A stretch of DNA of 64,000 bases from Candidatus Poribacteria bacterium (lineage in GTDB: Bacteria; Poribacteria; WGA-4E; PCPOR2b), in NCBI GenBank assembly GCA_965208325.1, contig OZ242326.1, forward strand, positions 1,888,001 to 1,952,000. Direction: 5' to 3'. Numbering within the stretch: the stretch's first letter is position 1; each line of letters starts with the position of its first letter. A model generated the notes under the pieces. That model was not told where the DNA came from, did no database searches, and was given only the letters and a program-made list of their open reading frames with translations. Below are positions 51,001 through 60,163 of the stretch, piece by piece. Made by a program: the position numbers and the translations under genes.

Positions 51001-51178
51001 TTATCTTAGCGATCAGGGATTGCAACGCAACACGCTATTCAACCAGATTCTTCAGGCGCTCATTGAGTTGGCAGACGAGGGTACAGTAGAGCGGTCGATT
51101 CTTGAAGCGCTAAGCAACCACCTCGACGCGCGGGGCGACGTCCGGGAGTCGGGTCAACGGTTGTTTTTTGAGGGTTAG
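48002..51178 (+). CDS. DUF1156 adenine-specific DNA methyltransferase
   Basis: RLIEVAFPL, LHIWPARRPLAAAR, motif I DPFAGGGAIPLEA, motif IV TDPPYYD and two Cys pairs. Confidence 0.92.
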   Translation: MTKDKRLIEVAFPLKEVSLDSVHEKNVRHGHISTLHIWPARRPLAAARAALIATLLPDPGNADERKAILKRMAGKVVETTERKRLNGCIVEKTKEVTEGGILHWGRENGEALQWFRDEIRRAYGGRAPKVLDPFAGGGAIPLEAMRLGCDVTAMDINPVAWFILKCTLEYPQKLAGQTRPLPDFAVADREFMTSYLKAKGYKSSRLRTALQRLGHGDGNETQLEHLPHDDSLLKADLAWHVRAWGRWVLAKARAELAPYYPTYAEFEPLDPDADFEPQPLELLAVDKNGVPQIDPLNAEFDDDYLNDPRNPRWIAKPTVAYLWARTVTCKGCRATLPLLKTRWLCKKERKRILLTMGPNADETGVVFGVKTDVPQNGGNSAQRREHDKRIGAGTMSRTGATCPRSRCKAIMTMEDIRLEGRAGRLGAVMTAVVVEGQKGKEYRLPTNHECTAAAVTEEQLRSHYADVPFGLPDEPLPSKDALGFRIPLYGFDTWRKLFTNRQLVTQSTLPKAIAQSKSEIETIYDNGVADAIVGFLACIMDRQAAYGSAGCIWVNGNEHMGQQFSRFALPIVWDIAEVCPLTNASGGLDSAYEWVTKVVDHLQAAVKDAAKPQLELKSAIQAQDKRYDVIITDPPYYDAIPYSDLMDFFYIWLRRLAHSCSNELREVFLSQLGPKWNVEDNDGELIDDASRFEGDKSQAKQNYEDGMERAFRACSEALVPDGRLVIVFASKSPEAWETLVAALIRAGFVVDGSWPIQTERQGRLRSVGSAALASSVWIICKKRPRARPGWDHTVLDEMRSNITQQLHDFWDAGIRGPDFVWAATGPALEAFSKHPIVKKATTQGELLSVSEFLREVRRMVVDFVVGRVLTQNGEAEATTELDDVTTYYLLHRNDFKMDGAPVGACILYALSCNLSDAALVNQYDLLTQSGAKNADEDLEAEDDEDAESGSGAKVKLKAWHRRGRRNLGLEAPSGQPVPLIDQVHKLMHLWRAGDQAKVDNYLSDQGLQRNTLFNQILQALIELADEGTVERSILEALSNHLDARGDVRESGQRLFFEG

Positions 51179-51263
51179 GCGACAAAACGAGTTTCGAACA
51201 TTTGGGGTTCCATTACCTGTCGCCCCAATGCTCCTATCGGGCTTCAAAGCAACACATGCAGAT

Positions 51264-51289
51264 TACGGCACACGGAGTGTGCCTACTAC
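51264..51289. repeat. Single GTAG-family REP
   Basis: TACGGCACAC-GGA-GTGTGCC-TACTAC. Confidence 0.6.
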
Positions 51290-51337
51290 TATGGTTCAAC
51301 TGCGTAAGTGCTATCTAAATCGAATGCGGTCTTTAAC

Positions 51338-52624
51338 ATGGCGAAGATTGAAGGATTCAGAGTAAAAAATTTTATGGTGCTCAAGGATGTTACCCTCGGG
51401 CGGGTCTGGAGCAAGCGGGATCGTAAACCCCTCACCGTTATGACGGCGGTTATCGGGAAAAACGGGGTGGGCAAAAGCGCGCTGATTGATGCATTTGGGT
51501 TTCTTGCCGACGCCCTTAAATCGGGAGTTGAGGATGCTTGCCACCAACGGGGGCGCGGCGGCTTTCAGACGTTGAGGTCGCAAGGGCAAACTGGTCCCAT
51601 TGAGTTTGAGGTTTATTACAGAGAAAGCAGCAAAACTCAGCCCATAACCTACGAGATCGCCATTGGCGAAGACCATTCCGGACGCCCATACGTCTGGGAA
51701 GAACGCCTCAGACAGGGACCAAAAGGCCGTAGATCATTTCATTTTTTGTATCTCAAGTATGGCAGAGGGATGGCATTGAAGGGCACACAAACAGGCCGCC
51801 AAATTGACGAAAAAATTGAACAAATTGATCTTGCAAGTTGCGCGAATTCAATTACGGCAGATGAATCTAGTGAGACTGAAACGGTCGAATTGAGAGACGG
51901 GCGTCAACTCGGCATTACGTCGCTCGGTGCCCTGAAGCAGCATCCGAGAATTTCCGATTTTCGCCAATTTATTGAGGGATGGTATCTCAGCTACTTCAGG
52001 CCGGACGCAGCACGCAGCCTGCCACTCGCTGGGCCGCAACCACATCTCAATACGCGCGGAGACAACCTCGGCAATGTCGTGCAATTTATGGAACGCGAAC
52101 ATCCGCGGCGTTTCAAGAAACTCTTGAACGGCATCGCAGAGAAGATACCCGGCATAGACCGGATTGACACGGTAAAAACCACTGACGGAAGGCTCCTACT
52201 CCGATTCAACGACAAGGGATTTACCGATCCCTTTTACGCCCAGCAGGTGTCCGACGGTACGCTCAAGGTCTTCGCTTACCTGCTGCTGCTGGCGGATCCG
52301 AAACCGCCCCCGTTTCTGTGTATCGAAGAACCCGAAAACGGATTATACCACAAACTATTGGAGACCTTGGCGAACGAATTCCGAGACCACACCAGTCGGG
52401 GCAACAATAGGTCGCAGGTCTTTGTCACTACCCATCAACCGTACTTCGTTGATGCGCTCGATCCAGCGGAGGTCTGGATTCTAGAGAAGGGTGCGGACGG
52501 CTTTTCGACAATTCGACGGGCAAGCGACGATCCAATCGTAAGCAACATGGTCGCCGAGGGATTGCCGTTGGGGGGCCTCTGGTACAGCAACTATCTGGAC
52601 GCGAGGCAATTCGATGCACTTTGA
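51338..52624 (+). CDS. AAA_21/ABC ATPase
   Basis: Walker A GKNGVGKS, signature SDGTLK, IEEPENGL and TTHQP. Confidence 0.9.
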   Translation: MAKIEGFRVKNFMVLKDVTLGRVWSKRDRKPLTVMTAVIGKNGVGKSALIDAFGFLADALKSGVEDACHQRGRGGFQTLRSQGQTGPIEFEVYYRESSKTQPITYEIAIGEDHSGRPYVWEERLRQGPKGRRSFHFLYLKYGRGMALKGTQTGRQIDEKIEQIDLASCANSITADESSETETVELRDGRQLGITSLGALKQHPRISDFRQFIEGWYLSYFRPDAARSLPLAGPQPHLNTRGDNLGNVVQFMEREHPRRFKKLLNGIAEKIPGIDRIDTVKTTDGRLLLRFNDKGFTDPFYAQQVSDGTLKVFAYLLLLADPKPPPFLCIEEPENGLYHKLLETLANEFRDHTSRGNNRSQVFVTTHQPYFVDALDPAEVWILEKGADGFSTIRRASDDPIVSNMVAEGLPLGGLWYSNYLDARQFDAL

Positions 52625-53261
52625 GATTCTCGTCGAAGACCTGTCCGGAAAAAGGGCGCTTGATATTTTGATGCCGAAAATTCTCGACGAGCAGCATACA
52701 TTCAATGTAAAAAATTACCGAGGAATTGGACGTATTCCAAAAAACCTCACCGGTAATACCGTTGGCAAACGATTATTACTTCATCAACTTCCAAAGCTAC
52801 TCCGGGGGTATGGAAAAACCTTTGCTGGATACCACTCCAGCTATCCCGCAGCAGTGATTCTGGTTTGCGATTTGGATGACAAGTGTTTGAAGACATTTCG
52901 TCAGGAACTAATTGAAGTTTTGAATGCGTGCCACCCGAAACCGGAGACTCGGTTCTGCATTGCTATCGAAGAGGGTGAAGCTTGGCTGCTCGGAGATATA
53001 CCTGCAATCAAGACAGCCTACCCAAAAGCGAAGGACAATGTGTTGAATGATTACGAAAACGACTCGATTTGCGGAACTTGGGAACTTCTGGCAGACGCCG
53101 TATTTATCACTGGATCGCGTGCACTCAAAAAGCAAGCAGGGCAGGCGTTGGGCATGCAGAAATCGGCTTGGGCAGAGAACATCGCACCGCACATGGATGT
53201 AGATGCCAACGCATCCGCAAGTTTCCGGTATTTTCGGGATAAGATACGAGACCTAATCTGA
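52614..53261 (+). CDS. DUF4276 family (TOPRIM-like) protein
   Basis: ILVED.SG, VCDLDD, IAIEEGEAWLLGD and N.S.SF.YF. Overlaps the end of the ATPase gene. Confidence 0.8.
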   Translation: MHFEILVEDLSGKRALDILMPKILDEQHTFNVKNYRGIGRIPKNLTGNTVGKRLLLHQLPKLLRGYGKTFAGYHSSYPAAVILVCDLDDKCLKTFRQELIEVLNACHPKPETRFCIAIEEGEAWLLGDIPAIKTAYPKAKDNVLNDYENDSICGTWELLADAVFITGSRALKKQAGQALGMQKSAWAENIAPHMDVDANASASFRYFRDKIRDLI

Positions 53262-53334
53262 AACCGATCGTGATTTTGGTGAATTCGCCTTTTCTTAAAA
53301 GAAAAATCCTTCACCAAATGAGGATGACACGAAA

Positions 53335-56300
53335 ATGAAATCGACACCGAAACCGTGGCACGAAGTTGTTCAATTGCGCGATGATGTTAGGACCCGTGAA
53401 CTATCGCTGGCGGTGTTTGCCGCTGACCTTTACGACGTGGTGATGCAAAAGGGTAAACGCCCGGCTTACGAGAATCCTGACGAGTTTTTTGCCCTCACCT
53501 ATCCCACGTACAACCTGCGCGAACTGGTCAAGGACGTTGCCCTGCGGTTGGCGCGGCGGAGCGACAAGGCGTATCGGACACTCTCAGTCAACTACGGCGG
53601 CGGCAAGACGCACACGCTCATCACGCTCAAGCATCTGGTGGAAGACCCTACTGCATTGCCGGAGCTTCCCGCAATCGATGAGTTTGAAGCGCACATCGGA
53701 CAGAAGCCGCCATCGACTCGGTGCGCTGCGTTGTGTTTCGACAAGATTGATCTGGAAAAAGGCGTCCAAACGCTCGGTCCCGACGGTTCAGTCGCCCAAC
53801 TCAAACGTCCGTGGAGCGTGCTCGCTTATCAGATTGCTGGTTCGGACGGTCTACGACTGCTTCACGCCGATGGCAAAGATATTGAGCGAGATACGCCGCC
53901 CGCAGAACCCGTTTTATCGGAATTGCTGTCAAAGCCGCAGAGAGACAATCTCTCGACTTTAGTGCTCTTGGACGAGGTGCTGATGTACCTGCGCGATATG
54001 GTTGAAACCGACGGGAGTTGGCGCGGCCGACTGCTCAGTTTCTTCCAACACCTGACGAGTTCGGTGGTAAAGGTTGACCGTTGCGCCATGGTGGCTTCGC
54101 TGCGCGCTTCTGATCATAACAAGCACGATGACCTCGGAAAAGAGCTCCTCGCCGAGGTGTCAGATGTCTTTGGTAGACAGATGGAAGAGACTTCCAGTCC
54201 CATTAGCAAAGAGGACGTAGCGGAAGTGCTCCGTCGGCGTTTCTTCAAACCCGAGTCCATACAAGACAAGGACGCATTTCGACCTCAAGTGACCGCTGTC
54301 GTCCGCAGCATCTCCGCGCTTGATGAAGAGACGAAGAAGGCGCAGAAGGCAGAGGAGGAACGATATTTGAACAGTTATCCGTTCCATCCGGACCTCACCG
54401 AAACCTTCTACAGCCGCTGGACGCAGCTTGAAAGATTTCAACGTACCCGAGGTATCTTGCGCACCTTCGCTACGGCATTGCGAGACGCCGAAAAGTGGGA
54501 CACCGGACCGTTAATTGGGCCAAATGTTTTTCTGGCGGAGCCGGGAAAGACCGGTTTAACTGAAGCCGCGAGCGAACTCACCTCCTTTGCCAGCGTGGAT
54601 GCGACGTCGGGCCAACACCAAGAATGGGGGCCTATTCTTGAGGGCGAGTTAAAAAAAGCGGCTACCATCCAGTCTGAAACCACCGGTTTAACCGGAAGAG
54701 AGATAGAGCAGGCGGTCGTAACGGTGTTCTTGAGTTCCCAGCCAGCCGCCCACAAAGCGTTGACGCCGGAGCTGATGGTATTGATTGGCACTGCCAACCC
54801 GGACAAAATTGGGTTGGAAAAAGCGCTGCGCCGCTGGACTGAATTGTCTTGGTTTTTGGACGAACAGGAGATTGCCACCGGAGAATCCGATGCCGGCGGC
54901 GCCACAGCATTGCCTAAGGCTTGGCGGCTGGGCAATCGGCCCAACCTGCGACAGATGCATCACGCGGCATGTACGACTCGTGTTCCCCCAAGTCTTATTG
55001 ATTCAAAGATTATCGAGGCGATTGAGAAACAGAAAGAACTGGTTTCAGGCGCCTCCGCTGCTGGCGCCAAGGTGCACAAGCTACCTGAGCAACCCCGCCA
55101 TATCGCAGATGACGGCGATTTCCACTATGCGATTCTTCGTCCGAGTGCGGTCTCGGAATCCGGCAAACCGAGCGCCGAAGCCAAGCGGTTCATTAATGAA
55201 ACGACTGCGTCCGACCGACCGCGTGTGAATCGCAATGCGGTCGTGTTGGCGGTGCCCTCTAGGGATGGACTTGAAATGGCGCGGGAGCGCGTCCGCCAGT
55301 ACCTCGGTTGGGAGGAGGTTCGCGATCAACTCAAAGACCAACAGATTGATGCTATCCGCGACCAGATGCTCGTAACCGAGATGGACAAGGCACGCAGACG
55401 CATTCCAGATGCTATCAAGCAGGCGTACTCCATCGTGGTAACGGTCAACGAGAGCAATGAGATTCACGCTTTCAAAGTGGTTGTGACCGACCAACCGCTG
55501 TTTACGACCATCAAGGCGGACAAGCGAGCGCGAATCCAAGAGACAGCTATCAGCGCTGAAGCCATGATGCCGGGCGGGCCTTACGACCTGTGGCGCGACG
55601 ACGAGCAGTCGCGCCGCGTCAAGGACTTGGTCGGCGCTTTCGCACAATTCCCGAAACTGCCCAAGATGCTGCGGTCTAAGGGAATTATGGACACTGTTGT
55701 GGGCGGCGTTCAGCAGGGCATCTGGGCGGCGCGATACGCGCGTCCGGATAAGACGACGAAGACCTTTTGGCGCACGGCAATTGATGAACACGCGCTTGAT
55801 GAGTCGGGCCTTGAAGTGCTGCTGCCGGAATCGGCAACGTTGAGCGAACTGCCGTCCAATCTGCTCAAGCACCAAGAGCTGCCGGGGTTATGGCAGTCCG
55901 ACGAGATTACGGTTCAAAGCCTGTACGACTACTTCGCAGGGGGTTATGTCGTGAACATCCCCAAGGACGGTTATGAAGAGCCGCTCACCATCCCCAAATG
56001 CGATCCTGCGGTCGTTGATGCCGCAGTATCGGAAGCCGTCGAACTGGGGACGGTCTGGTTGACCAGCGGACCGGCTTCAATTCTTAATGAACCCGTGCCT
56101 GCAGGAGTGCTTAACGCCGAGGCGACCCTACGACCGCCGCCTGCCCCGATTCCTGTGAATGAGTTGATGGAGGAGGCAACCCCCCAGGCGTGGGAGGATG
56201 GCAAAACTACGGCGCTCGCCCTAGTTACTGCGCTCTCGCAAAAACGGAGTGCGACGCTGCCGTGGCAGACGGTGCGTTCGGCGATAGATGACGCTATTCG

Positions 56301-56637
56301 TGCGAAATGGCTGGCACTACGTAACGACAGCGCGTACTGGCCGTGCGACTTGACGGGGGCTCAACACGTGGTGCTTCAAGTCCCACAGACTCGGGATCCC
56401 GTTCCGCCGATTCCCCCAAAACCCGCGGGCCTCCTTGTAGCTACAGCGGATTTAGAAGCCCACGGCATTCAAGACTTAGCGGATCAGATTCCGGATATTA
56501 CAGACGCGGCGATCGGGGAGGATTTAAAATTTAACATCCGCGTTGAGCTTGGGGGTGAAACACCGCCAGATCCGGAGGCGGTGGAAAAAATCAACAGGCT
56601 GCTCGCCGAGGTGTCTGAGGACATGAAACTGGAGTGA
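53335..56637 (+). CDS. DUF499 domain AAA+ ATPase
   Basis: KPW.EVV.LR.DV, FAADL, FF.LTYPT, Walker A YGGGKTH, LLDE, VLRRR.F, SYPFHP and FQRTRG.LR. Confidence 0.92.
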   Translation: MKSTPKPWHEVVQLRDDVRTRELSLAVFAADLYDVVMQKGKRPAYENPDEFFALTYPTYNLRELVKDVALRLARRSDKAYRTLSVNYGGGKTHTLITLKHLVEDPTALPELPAIDEFEAHIGQKPPSTRCAALCFDKIDLEKGVQTLGPDGSVAQLKRPWSVLAYQIAGSDGLRLLHADGKDIERDTPPAEPVLSELLSKPQRDNLSTLVLLDEVLMYLRDMVETDGSWRGRLLSFFQHLTSSVVKVDRCAMVASLRASDHNKHDDLGKELLAEVSDVFGRQMEETSSPISKEDVAEVLRRRFFKPESIQDKDAFRPQVTAVVRSISALDEETKKAQKAEEERYLNSYPFHPDLTETFYSRWTQLERFQRTRGILRTFATALRDAEKWDTGPLIGPNVFLAEPGKTGLTEAASELTSFASVDATSGQHQEWGPILEGELKKAATIQSETTGLTGREIEQAVVTVFLSSQPAAHKALTPELMVLIGTANPDKIGLEKALRRWTELSWFLDEQEIATGESDAGGATALPKAWRLGNRPNLRQMHHAACTTRVPPSLIDSKIIEAIEKQKELVSGASAAGAKVHKLPEQPRHIADDGDFHYAILRPSAVSESGKPSAEAKRFINETTASDRPRVNRNAVVLAVPSRDGLEMARERVRQYLGWEEVRDQLKDQQIDAIRDQMLVTEMDKARRRIPDAIKQAYSIVVTVNESNEIHAFKVVVTDQPLFTTIKADKRARIQETAISAEAMMPGGPYDLWRDDEQSRRVKDLVGAFAQFPKLPKMLRSKGIMDTVVGGVQQGIWAARYARPDKTTKTFWRTAIDEHALDESGLEVLLPESATLSELPSNLLKHQELPGLWQSDEITVQSLYDYFAGGYVVNIPKDGYEEPLTIPKCDPAVVDAAVSEAVELGTVWLTSGPASILNEPVPAGVLNAEATLRPPPAPIPVNELMEEATPQAWEDGKTTALALVTALSQKRSATLPWQTVRSAIDDAIRAKWLALRNDSAYWPCDLTGAQHVVLQVPQTRDPVPPIPPKPAGLLVATADLEAHGIQDLADQIPDITDAAIGEDLKFNIRVELGGETPPDPEAVEKINRLLAEVSEDMKLE

Positions 56638-56638
56638 T

Positions 56639-59600
56639 ATGCACACGTATGATGGTGGGATTCGGCTTAGTGCTTCTGATTTAGTTAATCATCTGAGTTG
56701 CCGGCATCTGACGCAGTTGAATACGGCGGTGGCGTTGGGGGAAATGGTTGCGCCGTCACGCCACGATTCACTCTTGGAGTTGCTGCAGCAGCGGGGTGCA
56801 GACCACGAGGAGAATTATATCCGGCACCTGAAGGACCGTGGGTTGGAAATCGTGCGCATTGGCGGCGAATCCGTTCAGGACATGAACGTAAAACAGACGG
56901 AGGCAGCCATGCGCCGCGGGGCCGATGTCATCGTTCAGGGTGCGCTCGCGCACGGACGGTGGTGCGGACGCGCCGATATCCTGCGGCGCGTGGATGCGCC
57001 CAGCCGGCTCGGTAGATGGTCTTACGAGGTCTACGACACCAAGCTCTCCCGCGAGACTAAAGGCGCAACCATTCTGCAGTTATCCCTGTATACCGATCTG
57101 GTTGAGCAGATTCAGGGCGAACTCCCGGCGCAGATGTACGTGGTCGTCCCATGGACGGAATTTCAGGAAGAGCCGTACCGTACCGACGACTACGCAGCCT
57201 ACTACCGGTTGGTTCGGCACAGCCTAGAGCAGGCGTTGGACCAAGAGATACCTGCCGATACCTACCCGGATCCAAAATCTCATTGCGATATCTGCCGCTG
57301 GCAGCGCCCATGCGAACAGCGCCGGCGTAATGACGATCATCTCTGTTTGGTGGCGGGAATTTCGAACTCGCAGATTCGAGAACTTCAGTCACGCGACGTT
57401 AGCAAGACCGCAACTCTGGCGGCAGAGCCGCTACCGCTGGCTTGGCAACCGAAACGCGGCGCTAAGTGGAGTTACGAACGGGTACGAGAGCAGGCGCGCG
57501 TGCAGGTAGCGGGGCGGACTCAGAATCGACTAATCTCTGAAACGCTTGAATTAGCGCCGGACCGCGGCCTTTCCATGCTACCCGATCCGTCGCCGGGAGA
57601 CATGTTCTTCGATTTCGAGGGCGACCCGTTCGTCGGTGACGGCGGACTGGATTATCTGATTGGCCATATTGTCACCGACGCCGACGAGGTTCACCGACAC
57701 TCCGCACTTTGGGCGTTCACCCGTGCGGACGAGAAAGACAGTTTTGAGCGCTTCGTCGACATCGTGGTGGCGCGCTGGGCGGAGTATTCCGACATGCACA
57801 TCTACCACTTCGGCGGCTACGCGCCGGGGGCGATGAAGCGGTTGATGGGGCGTTATGCCACCCGCGAGGACGAGGTTGACCGGATGCTGCGTGCAGATCT
57901 TTTTGTCGATCTCTACCGCGTAATGCGCGAGGGGATTCGTGCCAGCGTGGAGAGTTATTCGCTCAGAAATATGGAGGCGTTCTACGGCTTCCAGCGCAGC
58001 GTGCCGACTAGGGAAGCACACCTGTCCAACTTCAGCATCCAGTCGGCTTTGGCGTTAGGCGATGCACCTAGTATCAGCGATTTTGACAAGGCAACCGTGG
58101 CGCGCGCTAACCGGGACCGCTGCGTCTCCGCATCACGGTTGCGCGATTGGCTTGAACAGGAACGGGAAAAACTCATCGAATCGGGCGAGGAGATTGAAAG
58201 ACCTGAAGCGGGAGACGGCGAGGCGTCGGCGAAGATTAGCGAACGCCAAGAACGGGCCGCGTCGTTATCTAAAGCCATTGCGAGGGATGTCCCAGTGGAT
58301 TCGGAGGAACGGACTGCAGAAGAGCAGGCGAGGTGGGTGCTGGCTAACCTGTTGGACTGGCACCGACGGGAGGAGAAGGCGACGTGGTGGGAGTTCTTCA
58401 GGTTGGCGGAATTGTCTGCAGAAGACTTGAGCGAGGAGCGGTCGGCACTCTCCGGCCTAGCGTTCATAGAATCGGTAGGCGGCACAACCGCAGCGCCGGT
58501 GCACCGCTACCGGTTCGAACCTCAAGAGACCGAACTGGAGGGCGGCGAGTCGCTGTATAGCTATGGCGCCAAAAGGTTTGGGACTTTAGTAAGAATTAAT
58601 CCTCAGACACGCACCGCTGACATCAAGAAACGGCGAGATACTGCGCTGTTTCACCCGACTGCTGTTTACGCTCACGACCGGGTACCGACCGAAGTGCTGG
58701 CAGACGCCCTCTTGCGCATCGGCGAACACGTTGCCGAGAACGGCATTACCGTCGGCGGCGACGATAACACTGCCAAGGATCTCTTGCTGCGGCAGCCGCC
58801 TCGCCTGGAAGGAAATCCTATCCGCCGGGCAGGAGAAACCGCTTTGCAGGCGGCTACCCGTATCGCGCCCTTGCTAGACGCGGGCGTGCTGCCGATCCAA
58901 GGGCCGCCGGGCGCGGGCAAGACTTACACCGGCGCGCGGATGATTGTTGAGCTTATCAAATCCGGCAAACAGGTCGGCATCACCGCCAACAGCCACAAGG
59001 TTATACGAAATCTTTTGGACGAGGTGATGCGCGCGGCTCAAGGACAGGACATCCCGGTCGAGGCGATCCAGAAGTGTTCTGAGGAGGACTTTGAGGCAAG
59101 TGCGTACGGCATTGCGCGGGCAACGAGCAATGCCGGCTTGTTCTCTGCGCTAGCTTTTGGGACAGAGGTTGCCGGCGGCTCAGCTTGGTTATGGAGCCGT
59201 CCGGAGGCTGCGGGCGTATTAGACGTGCTATTTATCGACGAGGCGGCACAGATGTCTCTTGCTAACGTGCTAGCGGTATCGCATGCCGCGGACAGCCTAG
59301 TTCTGTTGGGCGATCCGCAGCAGTTGGACCAACCGACTAAGGGTACGCACCCCGACGGCACCGGCGTATCGGCGCTGGCACATTTGTTGGGCGGCCGACA
59401 GACGATTGCGGAGCATCAGGGGTTGTTCCTGGAGGAGACCTGGCGGTTGCATCCTGCAATTTGTGAATTCACGTCCGACGCCTTTTACCAAGGTAGGCTG
59501 CAATCACGGCAAGGTATGGAAATTCAACAGGTCAACTCTAGCAGTCCCGTATCGGGCACGGGGCTGCGCTTGATGCCGGTGCAACACGAAGGGAATCGAA

Positions 59601-60052
59601 ATTCGTCGGTTGAAGAGGCGGAGCGAGTCGCCGAGCTGTTCCGGCGGTTGACTGACGGTACGTCCGTGTGGACAAACGACAAGGGTGAAACGCTGCCGGT
59701 GGCGACGCATGACGTGCTGATAATCACGCCCTACAACGCGCAGGTGTCGGAGTTGATGAATCGGCTGCCGGATGCCAGGATTGGGACAGTTGACAAGTTC
59801 CAGGGGCAAGAAGCCCCGGTGGTGATTTACTCGATGGCGACATCGTCGCCGGAGGATGCGCCGCGGGGAATGGAATTTCTGTATAGCCTCAACCGGCTCA
59901 ACGTCGCCACTTCGCGGGCACGCTGCGTCTGCGTATTGGCGGCATCTCCGAAACTGTTCGAACCGGAGTGCCACACGCCGCGCCAAATGAAGCTCGCCAA
60001 CGCATTCTGCCGCTACCGGGAGTTGGCTACAGAGATAACGGCGTTGGATTAA
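56639..60052 (+). CDS. TM0106 family RecB/Cas4-like nuclease fused to SF1 (DNA2/NAM7-like) helicase
   Basis: LSASDL...L.C, GRAD...YEVYDTK...LQL..Y, CDICRW..PC, FFDFEGDP, IQGPPGAGKT, IDEAAQ, GDPQQL, GTVDKFQGQE and NRLNVATSRA. Confidence 0.9.
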   Translation: MHTYDGGIRLSASDLVNHLSCRHLTQLNTAVALGEMVAPSRHDSLLELLQQRGADHEENYIRHLKDRGLEIVRIGGESVQDMNVKQTEAAMRRGADVIVQGALAHGRWCGRADILRRVDAPSRLGRWSYEVYDTKLSRETKGATILQLSLYTDLVEQIQGELPAQMYVVVPWTEFQEEPYRTDDYAAYYRLVRHSLEQALDQEIPADTYPDPKSHCDICRWQRPCEQRRRNDDHLCLVAGISNSQIRELQSRDVSKTATLAAEPLPLAWQPKRGAKWSYERVREQARVQVAGRTQNRLISETLELAPDRGLSMLPDPSPGDMFFDFEGDPFVGDGGLDYLIGHIVTDADEVHRHSALWAFTRADEKDSFERFVDIVVARWAEYSDMHIYHFGGYAPGAMKRLMGRYATREDEVDRMLRADLFVDLYRVMREGIRASVESYSLRNMEAFYGFQRSVPTREAHLSNFSIQSALALGDAPSISDFDKATVARANRDRCVSASRLRDWLEQEREKLIESGEEIERPEAGDGEASAKISERQERAASLSKAIARDVPVDSEERTAEEQARWVLANLLDWHRREEKATWWEFFRLAELSAEDLSEERSALSGLAFIESVGGTTAAPVHRYRFEPQETELEGGESLYSYGAKRFGTLVRINPQTRTADIKKRRDTALFHPTAVYAHDRVPTEVLADALLRIGEHVAENGITVGGDDNTAKDLLLRQPPRLEGNPIRRAGETALQAATRIAPLLDAGVLPIQGPPGAGKTYTGARMIVELIKSGKQVGITANSHKVIRNLLDEVMRAAQGQDIPVEAIQKCSEEDFEASAYGIARATSNAGLFSALAFGTEVAGGSAWLWSRPEAAGVLDVLFIDEAAQMSLANVLAVSHAADSLVLLGDPQQLDQPTKGTHPDGTGVSALAHLLGGRQTIAEHQGLFLEETWRLHPAICEFTSDAFYQGRLQSRQGMEIQQVNSSSPVSGTGLRLMPVQHEGNRNSSVEEAERVAELFRRLTDGTSVWTNDKGETLPVATHDVLIITPYNAQVSELMNRLPDARIGTVDKFQGQEAPVVIYSMATSSPEDAPRGMEFLYSLNRLNVATSRARCVCVLAASPKLFEPECHTPRQMKLANAFCRYRELATEITALD

Positions 60053-60163
60053 TACACTGTACCTTCGGCGAACCCGGCGCTGCGCGTCCAATTTCTCGTG
60101 AATCCGCCGGACGAAATTCTGCGTTGAGATGATTGATATAAACAACCAACAAAGGAGCGAATC

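Larger units (their letters stand above)
34336..60052 (+). other. Anti-phage defence island (all genes on + strand)
   Basis: Contiguous ATPase/nuclease pair, SNF2-DUF3883, DUF262/DUF3696 trio, TIR-APAZ + pAgo, DUF1156, AAA_21/DUF4276, DUF499 and TM0106. Confidence 0.85.

Noticed and set aside
22719..55875. Long antisense ORFs (22719-23903, 39749-40927, 55081-55875 and similar)
   Set aside because: They are shadows of well-supported sense-strand genes and carry no motifs of their own.
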